Source: a virus. Taken from it: a stretch of 64,000 bases of DNA. The translations under genes were made by a program, and so were the position numbers. The stretch covers positions 20,386-84,385 of the IMG/VR virus record IMGVR_UViG_3300006914_000013. One strand, given 5' to 3'. The notes beneath the pieces were generated by a model that ran no database searches, was not told the origin of the DNA, and saw only the letters and a list, made by a program, of their open reading frames with translations. How positions within the stretch are numbered: position 1 is the first letter of the stretch; every line of letters begins with the position of its first letter. Of the stretch, positions 47,443-55,032 are shown piece after piece.

Positions 47443-47468
47443 GCTTGCGGTTCCTTCTCAGGTGGGGT

Positions 47469-47494
47469 TGTGAACTGTGAATCGTGAATTCACA
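47469..47494. repeat. TGTGAAY heptad triplet
   Basis: tgtgaac-tgtgaat-cgtgaat-tcaca. Confidence 0.85.
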
Positions 47495-47499
47495 GGGAT

Positions 47500-47910
47500 T
47501 CAGTCAATGGCCTGGTAAATCTCTTCCCACTCCGGGTGCTGCGCAGCGTATTCGCGCAGCCAGTGGTAGGCCTGAATCAGCGAGTCTTCTTCGGTGGTGT
47601 TGGCCAGCTCGCACAGGGCGTACAGGCTGGCGGTGATCCCGGCCGCGTCGGCGGACATTTCGCCTTCGTAGTAGTTGCCGCCCCAGCGCATCTGGTAGCG
47701 CTGCTCGCCGCTCGGCGCCATGTACCAGCCGCCGTTGCTCAGCTCGTAAAACTCCCAGTAGCCGCCCTTGTAGTCGACACTGAGTTTGTCGAGGTAGGCC
47801 GGGAACAGGTTCTGCCCGATCCACAGGTTCTGTGTGCCGAGGTGCTTGGGCAGGAAGGCGAGGCGTTCGTCGCCGGGCACCTTGGTGCGGGTGATTTCTT
47901 CTTCGTTCAT
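47500..47910 (-). CDS. ArdB/KlcA-family antirestriction protein
   Basis: RLAFLP...YKGGYWEFYELSNGGWYMAP...MSADAAGITASLYAL...AID. Confidence 0.9.
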   Translation of the reverse strand: MNEEEITRTKVPGDERLAFLPKHLGTQNLWIGQNLFPAYLDKLSVDYKGGYWEFYELSNGGWYMAPSGEQRYQMRWGGNYYEGEMSADAAGITASLYALCELANTTEEDSLIQAYHWLREYAAQHPEWEEIYQAID

Positions 47911-47937
47911 GGGGGTGGCTCCCTTCGCGGGTGGGTT

Positions 47938-47963
47938 TGTGAATTGTGAATTGTGAGTTCACA
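47938..47963. repeat. TGTGAAY heptad triplet
   Basis: tgtgaat-tgtgaat-tgtgagt-tcaca. Confidence 0.85.
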
Positions 47964-47966
47964 GGC

Positions 47967-48398
47967 TCAGCCGAGCAGGGTGCGGGCCTTGGCCAAGCGA
48001 TCGAGGTGCGGCAGGTTGGCGATGTCGCGGAACGAGCAATAGCGCTTGCCCAGGCGCACGTAGATGCGGGTGATCCGGCCGCTGTAATACTCCATCATGA
48101 CGAAGGATTCCCCGCCGCCAGCGTGCTGCCAGCTCTCCGGCGGCAGCACTTCCAGGGCTTCCCACCATTGCGCCTCGGTGATTTCTTCGGGGGCGGTGAT
48201 CAGGCTCTTTTCGTCCTGTTCAACCCACGCATCGAACTCGCCCAAGACGATGTCCGGGCGCTCGTCGCGCAGTTGCATGAGGTTCTGCTTGCTGTGCAGG
48301 CTGATGTATTCACCGGCTTCGTTCTTGACCGCCACGTCAACGATGCAGTGTTGACCGGGCACGTAGAAGCAGTGGGTGATGTCGCTGAGTTTGATCAT
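47967..48398 (-). CDS. DUF1419-like protein
   Basis: EITEAQWWEALEVLPP...ESFVMMEYYSGRIT. Confidence 0.6.
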   Translation of the reverse strand: MIKLSDITHCFYVPGQHCIVDVAVKNEAGEYISLHSKQNLMQLRDERPDIVLGEFDAWVEQDEKSLITAPEEITEAQWWEALEVLPPESWQHAGGGESFVMMEYYSGRITRIYVRLGKRYCSFRDIANLPHLDRLAKARTLLG

Positions 48399-48427
48399 GG
48401 CAGTGATCCTTTTCGGGGTGGGGTGGG

Positions 48428-48625
48428 TTACTTGGCGCTGGATTCCTCGACGCACTCGCCGTCGCGGCCGATGTACACGGCGGCGTAGTAGCGCCCGCCA
48501 TCCGCGAGGCGCAGCATTTCTTTGGTGGCTTCCTTGCGGCTGTCGGAAAACACCACTTCCAGTGGCTTGGCGCCGTCGAGTGCGTCCTGCCGACGGTGGT
48601 TCTGTTCGATGCGGTAGCGTTGCAT
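48428..48625 (-). CDS. Small hypothetical protein
   Basis: 65 aa, GGGAG RBS. Confidence 0.55.
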   Translation of the reverse strand: MQRYRIEQNHRRQDALDGAKPLEVVFSDSRKEATKEMLRLADGGRYYAAVYIGRDGECVEESSAK

Positions 48626-48650
48626 GGTTGTTGCTCCCTTCTCGGGTGGG

Positions 48651-49100
48651 TTACTCGGTGGCCTTCAACAGCGTCTCAATGCGCTGGCGCACGGCGGCCG
48701 GGTTGGTGTGCTGGCTGGCCGGGTACTTCTCGTAGTCAAACAGGTGGAAGGCCTGCCACGGGGTCAGGCCGAAGAACAGCACCACCGCGTCCCACGCCAG
48801 CCACCGCTCACCCACGCACTCGTAGGTCGGCGGCATGCAGTGCAGCTCGCTGGCGCCGAACTGGGTGAACAGGCCTTCGGCGTTGAAGCGTGCATCCAGA
48901 CAGGCGTGGCCGATGGCACAGGCGCTGAAGCCGCAATCGGGGCGCACCAGGATCAGCCATTCGTTCAGGTCGAACAGATGCTCGGGGCGCCAGCGGTACG
49001 GCAACGGCTGGCCGTCACGCTTGGTGCCGGTGGGTTGCCAAGTGCCGGCTTCGACCTCGGCGAGCAGGGTACACATCAGTTGCAGGCGTTCGCGTTGCAT
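48651..49100 (-). CDS. Hypothetical protein
   Basis: CGFSACAIGHAC motif; GAGG RBS. Confidence 0.6.
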   Translation of the reverse strand: MQRERLQLMCTLLAEVEAGTWQPTGTKRDGQPLPYRWRPEHLFDLNEWLILVRPDCGFSACAIGHACLDARFNAEGLFTQFGASELHCMPPTYECVGERWLAWDAVVLFFGLTPWQAFHLFDYEKYPASQHTNPAAVRQRIETLLKATE

Positions 49101-49104
49101 GGCC

Positions 49105-49824
49105 TCAGTCCTCGGCGGCGTCGTCTTCATCGACCGGTTGAAAGTAGTCCTTTTCCAGACAGCCGCTGTCGAAGCAGGCGTAGGGCACCTTGACCTGATC
49201 GTCGGTGATGTCGTAGTCGCGCAGGCCCACGCCCTGCCCCATGGCCTGCATCGCGGCGTAGTGGCCCCATTGCTGCGGGTCGTCGGTGGTGCCGGGGTGG
49301 CGGGTGTACAGCTCCAGCAGCGGGCAGCCGTTGACCCGTTCCAAGTCGAAATGCAGGGTGGTGGCGGCGTGCAGCGCCGCCGGGTCTATCTCGTCCGGCA
49401 GCTGGTTCATGATTTCCCCGGACAGCGGCTGGCCGCACTCGTCGGCCTGATCGGCGTAGGTGCAGGCAAAGAACGCGAGGGCCATGCCGCGCAGGATGGC
49501 GGCCTGCACGGCGTCCGCTTCCATGGGCGCGAAGGTGGCCTTGGGGTACTGTGCCGCAGCGGCGGCCTCGGCCTCGGCGCGGTTGGTGGCGCGCAGGTAG
49601 AAGTCGACCAGTTCGCCGTCTTCCAGCTCGGCGTAGGCGCGCCACACCGTGGCCGGGGCGCCCCAGTAGGCGCCGCCTTCGTCGTAGGCGCCATCGACAA
49701 AGCGCAGGCGCACCAGTTCCAGGTGCGGGTAGACATGGGTGCGGTCGTAGTGGGGGTGAATGTCCGGGCGCCCCATCGGGGCACCTCGGGCGCTGCTCAC
49801 GTTGGTGAGCGGGGGCATGGACAT
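49105..49824 (-). CDS. Hypothetical protein
   Basis: GAPMGR...YDEGGAYWG; AAGGAG RBS. Confidence 0.65.
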   Translation of the reverse strand: MSMPPLTNVSSARGAPMGRPDIHPHYDRTHVYPHLELVRLRFVDGAYDEGGAYWGAPATVWRAYAELEDGELVDFYLRATNRAEAEAAAAAQYPKATFAPMEADAVQAAILRGMALAFFACTYADQADECGQPLSGEIMNQLPDEIDPAALHAATTLHFDLERVNGCPLLELYTRHPGTTDDPQQWGHYAAMQAMGQGVGLRDYDITDDQVKVPYACFDSGCLEKDYFQPVDEDDAAED

Positions 49825-49885
49825 GGCAGTGTCTCCTTCAAGGGCGATCAGTGTACGGCGGTGGCGGGGTTGGCTGAAAGGCGCG

Positions 49886-50359
49886 TTACAGCACCCGGCC
49901 ACTCATGGCGTGGACGTTGCGGCCCTCGACCTGCGGGGCGCGGCTGCGCTTGGCCTCGTTGTGGTGCAGGCGCGAGCCCGGCTGGTTACTGACCCGCTCG
50001 CGGTAGTAGGTCAGCGCCGTGGTGTCCTCGTCGTTGAAGCCGGACAGGCTGCCGTTCTCTTCATAGACGTAGTCGAAGCGCTCGACGTGCAGCAGGGCGA
50101 ACACCATCAGATCCAGCATGGTGTCGCGGGCCAGCATCACGCTGCCCACCGCCTTGGCCTCGCCGACGTAGCCGTTCCAGTTCTCCGGGAAGGCGCGGCA
50201 GGCGTCGGTGGTGTGGGTCAGGCCGAAGTAGGCGGTGAGCAGAATGACCCCTTCATCACTGAGGTCGCACAGGGTGCGGCGGCTGTAGGCGTCGGCTTCG
50301 CCGGTCAGGGGCTTGAGGCCGTAGTCGGTGAGGTCGTTGAAGGTGTTGAGGGTTTTCAT
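49886..50359 (-). CDS. Hypothetical protein
   Basis: LTGEADAYSRRTLCDL...RNVHAMSGR; GGAG RBS. Confidence 0.65.
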   Translation of the reverse strand: MKTLNTFNDLTDYGLKPLTGEADAYSRRTLCDLSDEGVILLTAYFGLTHTTDACRAFPENWNGYVGEAKAVGSVMLARDTMLDLMVFALLHVERFDYVYEENGSLSGFNDEDTTALTYYRERVSNQPGSRLHHNEAKRSRAPQVEGRNVHAMSGRVL

Positions 50360-50377
50360 GGTGTGGTACTCCGGTTT

Positions 50378-50398
50378 TGTGAATTGTGAACTGTGAAT
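50378..50398. repeat. TGTGAAY heptad triplet
   Basis: tgtgaat-tgtgaac-tgtgaat. Confidence 0.85.
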
Positions 50399-50417
50399 TA
50401 CGGGTTCATGTCGCAGG

Positions 50418-50651
50418 TCAGGCGTCGAGGTCGTCGCGCAGCTGGGACAGGCGCCGGTTGAGGCGCCGGTTGAGGTCGCGGCGGTCCTTCCAGGTGAACC
50501 ACAGGGACATGGTCGCGAGGACCAGCAGGGCGACGAACATCGGCCACATCAGGGCCAGCACGGCGACCAGCTCGCGGGGCAGGTGCGGCAGCAGCGCGTC
50601 GTAGATCAGCTGGGCGATGCGTTCCCAGTGGTACATGAGGGTGGCGAACAT
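50418..50651 (-). CDS. Small membrane protein
   Basis: One long hydrophobic segment followed by a basic tail. Confidence 0.55.
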   Translation of the reverse strand: MFATLMYHWERIAQLIYDALLPHLPRELVAVLALMWPMFVALLVLATMSLWFTWKDRRDLNRRLNRRLSQLRDDLDA

Positions 50652-50671
50652 GGGGTGGTTCCTTCCTGTGG

Positions 50672-50699
50672 ATGGTCCCCTCACCAATGAGGGGACCAT
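50672..50699. promoter_or_regulatory. Perfect 12-bp intergenic hairpin
   Basis: ATGGTCCCCTCA-CCAA-TGAGGGGACCAT. Confidence 0.6.
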
Positions 50700-50705
50700 G
50701 GGGGT

Positions 50706-50963
50706 TTACTCGGGCATGCCGACCAGTGCAGTCAGGCGGCTGTACTCCACCAGCGGGATGTCGTAGCCGCCGCCGACCTTCATCAGGTACGCCAGCTGGT
50801 GGACGATCAGGCGCAGCGCCGGGTCGTCGAGGATCGCTTGCGTGTCGAGGCTGGTCTGCTCGGCGCGCAGCTCATCGAGCCCGTCACTGAGGGCGCGGAT
50901 GATCGGGATCGGGTTGCAGGCGCCGAGCTGGGCGGCGATGGCGTTCTTGTTGCGTTGGGACAT
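50706..50963 (-). CDS. Hypothetical protein
   Basis: 85 aa, GAGGAA RBS. Confidence 0.6.
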   Translation of the reverse strand: MSQRNKNAIAAQLGACNPIPIIRALSDGLDELRAEQTSLDTQAILDDPALRLIVHQLAYLMKVGGGYDIPLVEYSRLTALVGMPE

Positions 50964-50977
50964 GGCTGGTTCCTCTC

Positions 50978-51039
50978 TGTGAATTGTGAACCATGAACTG
51001 TGAGTTCATGGTTCATGTCGTACCACGTAGTACGTGGTA
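50978..51039. repeat. Extended heptad array plus 9-bp inverted repeat
   Basis: tgtgaat-tgtgaac-catgaac-tgtgagt-tcatg-gttcatg, then TACCACGTA-G-TACGTGGTA. Confidence 0.8.
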
Positions 51040-51065
51040 TGTAGCGTATGTACTTCGAACCCTTC

Positions 51066-51512
51066 CTAGACCAGCCCCTGCTCGGCCAGGCTGACGATGG
51101 TGCGCCCGACCACGAAGTGATCGAGCAGCTGGATGTCGACCATGGCCAGCACCTCCTTCAAGCGCTTGGTCAGGGCGATGTCGCCCCGGCTGGGGTCGGG
51201 GTTGCCGCTGGGGTGGTTGTGGAACACCAGACAGGCCGCCGCGTTGTGCGCGATCCCGGCCCGCACCACCACCCGCGGGTGGACGCTGGCCGAGTCGATC
51301 GAGCCGGTGGCCAGCACCTCGGTGTGGACCAGTTCATGGGCATTGGTCAGCCACATCACACCGAACGCTTCCTCGGTCAGGCGGCTCGCCCACACCCGCA
51401 GGTAGTCGCTCACCACCTGCGGGCTGGTGAGGATGTAGCCGGTGTAGGTCAGGCGCCGTTCGGCGATCTGCAGGGCGGCGGACAACACCGCGTCGTCGTC
51501 TTCATAGGTCAT
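51066..51512 (-). CDS. radC: RadC-like JAB domain protein
   Basis: EEAF...VHPR...HNHPSGNPDPSRGD...LLDHFVVG. Confidence 0.92.
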   Translation of the reverse strand: MTYEDDDAVLSAALQIAERRLTYTGYILTSPQVVSDYLRVWASRLTEEAFGVMWLTNAHELVHTEVLATGSIDSASVHPRVVVRAGIAHNAAACLVFHNHPSGNPDPSRGDIALTKRLKEVLAMVDIQLLDHFVVGRTIVSLAEQGLV

Positions 51513-51527
51513 GGCAGGGACTCCGGG

Positions 51528-51728
51528 TTAGCCGATCAGGGCGAACTGGCGCAGGGCAGCGGTGCGGCCGAGGACCTGTTCACCTGGGCGGTGGCGGTTG
51601 CGCAGGAAGGCCAAGGCATCGCGGCGGTGCTTGAAGCTGGCCAGCAGCTTGGCGAAGGGTTTGCCCGTGCTGTCGGTGGCTTCCTGCGGGGCGAGCAGGA
51701 CGAACTGGCCTTTGGGGTCTTGGGTCAT
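51528..51728 (-). CDS. Small hypothetical protein
   Basis: 66 aa, GGAG RBS. Confidence 0.55.
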   Translation of the reverse strand: MTQDPKGQFVLLAPQEATDSTGKPFAKLLASFKHRRDALAFLRNRHRPGEQVLGRTAALRQFALIG

Positions 51729-51755
51729 GGCAGTGACTCCGGTGGGGTGGTTGGG

Positions 51756-52061
51756 CTACAACGCCTCGGCCGCCGCCTTCAAGGCCAGGCGCAGGTCCTG
51801 ATCCATGATGCGGCTCATGAAGTTGCACAGGTCGTAGTGCTGCATCAGCAGGGTGTTGGTCACTTCGGCGCCGGGGGCACCGAGCAGCAGCAGCTCGCCG
51901 TCGACCATCCGGTCCACGTCGTAGAAGGCGACATGGATCGCCGAGTAGCCCAGCTCGGTGGGCAGGCGCGGCAGCTCGGCCCACGCGATGCGCTGGCCCT
52001 TGGTGGTGTAGGTGCGGTGGGAATTGAAAGCGTGGATCTTGGGGGTGGCGGTGGTGGCCAT
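51756..52061 (-). CDS. Hypothetical protein, first gene of the long early tract
   Basis: FNSHRTYTTKGQRI...FYDVDRMVDG; GAAGGA RBS. Confidence 0.6.
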   Translation of the reverse strand: MATTATPKIHAFNSHRTYTTKGQRIAWAELPRLPTELGYSAIHVAFYDVDRMVDGELLLLGAPGAEVTNTLLMQHYDLCNFMSRIMDQDLRLALKAAAEAL

Positions 52062-52380
52062 GGTCGTTTCCTTCGTGGGTGGGGCGGGGTTTGTCGCCTT
52101 CATAGGCCGTTGCCTCGAAATCGAGGCAATTTCGGCCGGGTAGAAGGTGGGTGAAAAAGGAATGGCGGTTTCGCGGGGCGGAAGCACCGGGGCGGATAAA
52201 TCGTCAAGGTGGCGCAAGGTAGGCGCTTGTAATGGCGGACGATTCATGAGTCGAAAAATCGCCTTCTACGTCAACGCCTCCGGGGGTGGTGGGGGCCATC
52301 CCCTGCTACCCGACGCTACCCGTTGATTTCTTTGGATATTTTTCGGATTTTGGCGAAGGGGTCGGGGGAAAATTGGAGAG

Positions 52381-52422
52381 CAAACTAGTGATCTAGTTTG
52401 GTTTTCAAACTAGACAACTAGA
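52381..52422. promoter_or_regulatory. Overlapping AACTAG inverted repeats in an AT-rich spacer
   Basis: CAAACTAG-TGAT-CTAGTTTG-GTTTT-CAAACTAGA-CAACTAGA. Confidence 0.5.
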
Positions 52423-52655
52423 TTTTTGTTGATTTTCCGGTCAACTTTTTAAAATGTTCGAAGCGGTTAAAAAAAGACGGAACCCGTACCGTCTATAAAA
52501 AATAAAAAATTATTTCTTTAATACAGAGGGCAAAGGGGCGCCTCCGGCCAGGTCCCCACGGCCTGCCGGTTCCAAAAATGGGCGGATTGATCCCTTCAAA
52601 GGTAGGGGGGCTTTCGCCCCCTGGAAAACGGGCCAAACGATCCGTTCATAGCTGA

Positions 52656-53327
52656 TTAGGCTGGGGCCAGGTCCTTGGGCGCCATGCTCAACTTGATTTT
52701 CTGAACGGTGGTTTTCGAGCACTCGCAGACCTCGGCCACCTTGCGAATGGCCATGCCGGATTTCAGGCAGGCTTTCACCCTGGCGTGCAGGGCTTCGTCG
52801 GCCTTGCGCCCGGTGTACTTGCCTTCGATCCCTTTGGCTTTCTCGATGCCCTCGATCGTCCGGCGGCGCCGGTCCTCATAGTCCTTGCGCGCAATGGCCG
52901 CGAGCATGTCGAGCAACAGGTCGTTCATCGCCGAGAGCATCCAGCCAGTGAACGAGTGTTCGGCCTGCGGATTCATCAGCGGGTGCGAAGTCGGCAGATC
53001 GAGCGACACGATATGCAGGCCCTTGGATTTGATGACCCCGCGCAGAGTGTCCCAGTCGTTCTGGTTCAGCCTGCTGAGCCGGTCGATCTGTTCGCAGAGA
53101 ATCACGTCGCCGGGTTGGGAATCCTCCAGCAGCCGGAAAAGTTCCGGGCGGTTGAGTTTGGTCCCGGTTTCGTTCTCTGGGTAAAAAGTAGCGATCCGTT
53201 GGCCATAACTCTCGGCGAATGCAAGCAGCGCGCCTTTTGCGCGCATCGCGTCCTGGGCGATGGTCGATGCGCGCAGGTAGGCGCGAACCATGGGTGTGGG
53301 CGGCAATTTTGCCTCTTGAGCGCTCAT
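52656..53327 (-). CDS. Serine recombinase (resolvase family)
   Basis: AYLRAST..QD catalytic Ser, RPEL, DRLSR, C-terminal HTH. Confidence 0.93.
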   Translation of the reverse strand: MSAQEAKLPPTPMVRAYLRASTIAQDAMRAKGALLAFAESYGQRIATFYPENETGTKLNRPELFRLLEDSQPGDVILCEQIDRLSRLNQNDWDTLRGVIKSKGLHIVSLDLPTSHPLMNPQAEHSFTGWMLSAMNDLLLDMLAAIARKDYEDRRRRTIEGIEKAKGIEGKYTGRKADEALHARVKACLKSGMAIRKVAEVCECSKTTVQKIKLSMAPKDLAPA

Positions 53328-53339
53328 AGCGCCTCCTTT

Positions 53340-53404
53340 GTACCAGTTAGAAGTGCCAGTTGATGTTGTACCGGTTAGAGTCGGTTATTTCCACTAACTG
53401 GTAC
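53340..53404. promoter_or_regulatory. Putative res site upstream of the resolvase
   Basis: GTACCAGTTAG, GTACCGGTTAG and inverted CTAACTGGTAC. Confidence 0.6.
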
Positions 53405-53476
53405 GGAATACGGGGCGAAATTTTGGGCCAGCCCAGCCATGGCCATTGTTACCCCCGTAAACCGGGGGTTTCGGGT

Positions 53477-53800
53477 TTAGTCCCGTTGTTTGGCAAACGC
53501 CTTTCGGAAAGCGGCGCCCATCGCGGTTTTCGAGTTCGCCAGCCGTTCGGCCTTAATCCGGTCCTCGACCGGTTTCGCCCGACTGCGCTGGGCGTGCGCT
53601 TCCAGTTGCGCCACTTTCCGCGCCTGCCGGGCGCGCCAGGCCGATTGGTCGGCCGCTTCGACCTTGGAAAATTCGCGGCTCGCGAGTTGGGATTCCCACA
53701 AACTCTGGATAGACCGATCCCCCTGGGAATCGCCCCATATGCCGACCGTGCTGGAATAGTGGGCGCGATCAAGCGCGCCCTTCGAATCGTCGAAAGACAT
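53477..53800 (-). CDS. Basic hypothetical protein
   Basis: 107 aa, AAGGGG RBS. Confidence 0.5.
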   Translation of the reverse strand: MSFDDSKGALDRAHYSSTVGIWGDSQGDRSIQSLWESQLASREFSKVEAADQSAWRARQARKVAQLEAHAQRSRAKPVEDRIKAERLANSKTAMGAAFRKAFAKQRD

Positions 53801-53845
53801 ACGAACCCCTTCGCGCCCTGGGCGCGCAAAAATAGACAGGCACGC

Positions 53846-53872
53846 GAAAGCCCCCGGCTAGCGGGGGCTTTC
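53846..53872. terminator. 10-bp hairpin downstream of the 337-aa gene
   Basis: GAAAGCCCCC-N7-GGGGGCTTTC. Confidence 0.5.
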
Positions 53873-53884
53873 CGTTTCGGCGTT

Positions 53885-54898
53885 TTACAGACCGGCTACG
53901 CGACGACCACGGCTAGCAGCCGCTTCCATGTCGCTTTCCTGTTCTGGCGTTACGCCTTGCGATTTCAGGTCGTCAAGGTGTTTAGCCGCGTCAAGCGCTT
54001 CACGGCTAGCCGTCCCGACACTAGCCAAGTCAGTTGGTTTGCCGTCAACGTGCGATTCCAGCGACTCAACAGCGCCCTCTTTATGCTCTTTATCCTCGGT
54101 TGCCGTCGCAATTTGCGCGGCCTTTTCAGCGCGCTCAATAGCGTTTTTAATCGTCGCCCGTGTGGTCGGCTCTAACGCCAGAATCGCGTCTATTGCGCCG
54201 TCTGGTGAATGCTTGAAAGCAGACGCGATAGACTTAGCCGCTTTCTGCGCGTCTGAATCAACCGTCTTTTCCTTTACAGGAACAGACGTAACTTCCAACT
54301 TTTTCCAGTCAACATAAAGGCCGTATTTATTCAGGTCGCGTTTCAACATGGCGACAATCGCCTCACGCGCATTTTTTGCCATGTTTCCCTTTTCTGCTAG
54401 GCACCATGTCGAGCTGGCCAGCGCTTCGGCCTTTTTCTGCGCGGCCTTGATACCGGCGGACACTACGCCACACAAAAGGCGAAAGTCAGTCAGCGACTCG
54501 ACTACAAAAAACGCTTCCTTTGCCGCCAGTTTGGCGACTGCGCAGGCGTCAACTTCGGCCTGAGAACCCCCCTCGAATAGCGCGCTTTCCAGCGTATCGA
54601 ATTCACCATAAAGCGCTTTCGCTTTTTCAGTCAGCTCCACCATAAGGTGCGCAGTGATAGGCGTTTTGAGCGCGACGGCAATACCCGCGACAGACGCCAC
54701 TTTATCCGCGACGACATGCCAGATATTTTGCCCGACATCTTTAAGAGCGACAGCGCCCTCAATGTCACCAGCGGACTCAACTTTAGTCAGCAACTTGCGC
54801 CACTCTTTAGAGTCAACGGCACGCGCAACCACAAGATCAATAAGATCCTGAGAATAACCGCCAGTCAGGTCAACTTTTACAGATTTAGAATTTTTCAT
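53885..54898 (-). CDS. Ala/Lys-rich helical hypothetical protein (lower GC)
   Basis: 337-aa ORF, GGAG RBS, atypical codon usage. Confidence 0.7.
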   Translation of the reverse strand: MKNSKSVKVDLTGGYSQDLIDLVVARAVDSKEWRKLLTKVESAGDIEGAVALKDVGQNIWHVVADKVASVAGIAVALKTPITAHLMVELTEKAKALYGEFDTLESALFEGGSQAEVDACAVAKLAAKEAFFVVESLTDFRLLCGVVSAGIKAAQKKAEALASSTWCLAEKGNMAKNAREAIVAMLKRDLNKYGLYVDWKKLEVTSVPVKEKTVDSDAQKAAKSIASAFKHSPDGAIDAILALEPTTRATIKNAIERAEKAAQIATATEDKEHKEGAVESLESHVDGKPTDLASVGTASREALDAAKHLDDLKSQGVTPEQESDMEAAASRGRRVAGL

Positions 54899-55032
54899 TT
54901 TGTGATACTCCGGGACTGTAACGACAGAGCGTCTGTAATCTTGCCAATGCTAGCGCTAACACCAGCGCCCACCTGTACCGCCAACATGGCAGTGATAGCG
55001 AGCACAACTAAAGAGGCGATGATATGGCGCAT
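54895..55032 (-). CDS. 45-aa hydrophobic peptide (below the ORF-track cutoff)
   Basis: MRHIIASLVVLAITAMLAVQVGAGVSASIGKITDALSLQSRSITK; GGAG RBS; ATGA overlap with the next gene. Confidence 0.6.
   Translation of the reverse strand: MRHIIASLVVLAITAMLAVQVGAGVSASIGKITDALSLQSRSITK

Noticed and set aside
52656-53404. Serine recombinase as an integrase, Tn3 transposon or tail-fibre invertase
   Set aside because: Small resolvase size with no large C-terminal domain, no transposase or terminal repeats seen, and far from the fibre genes.
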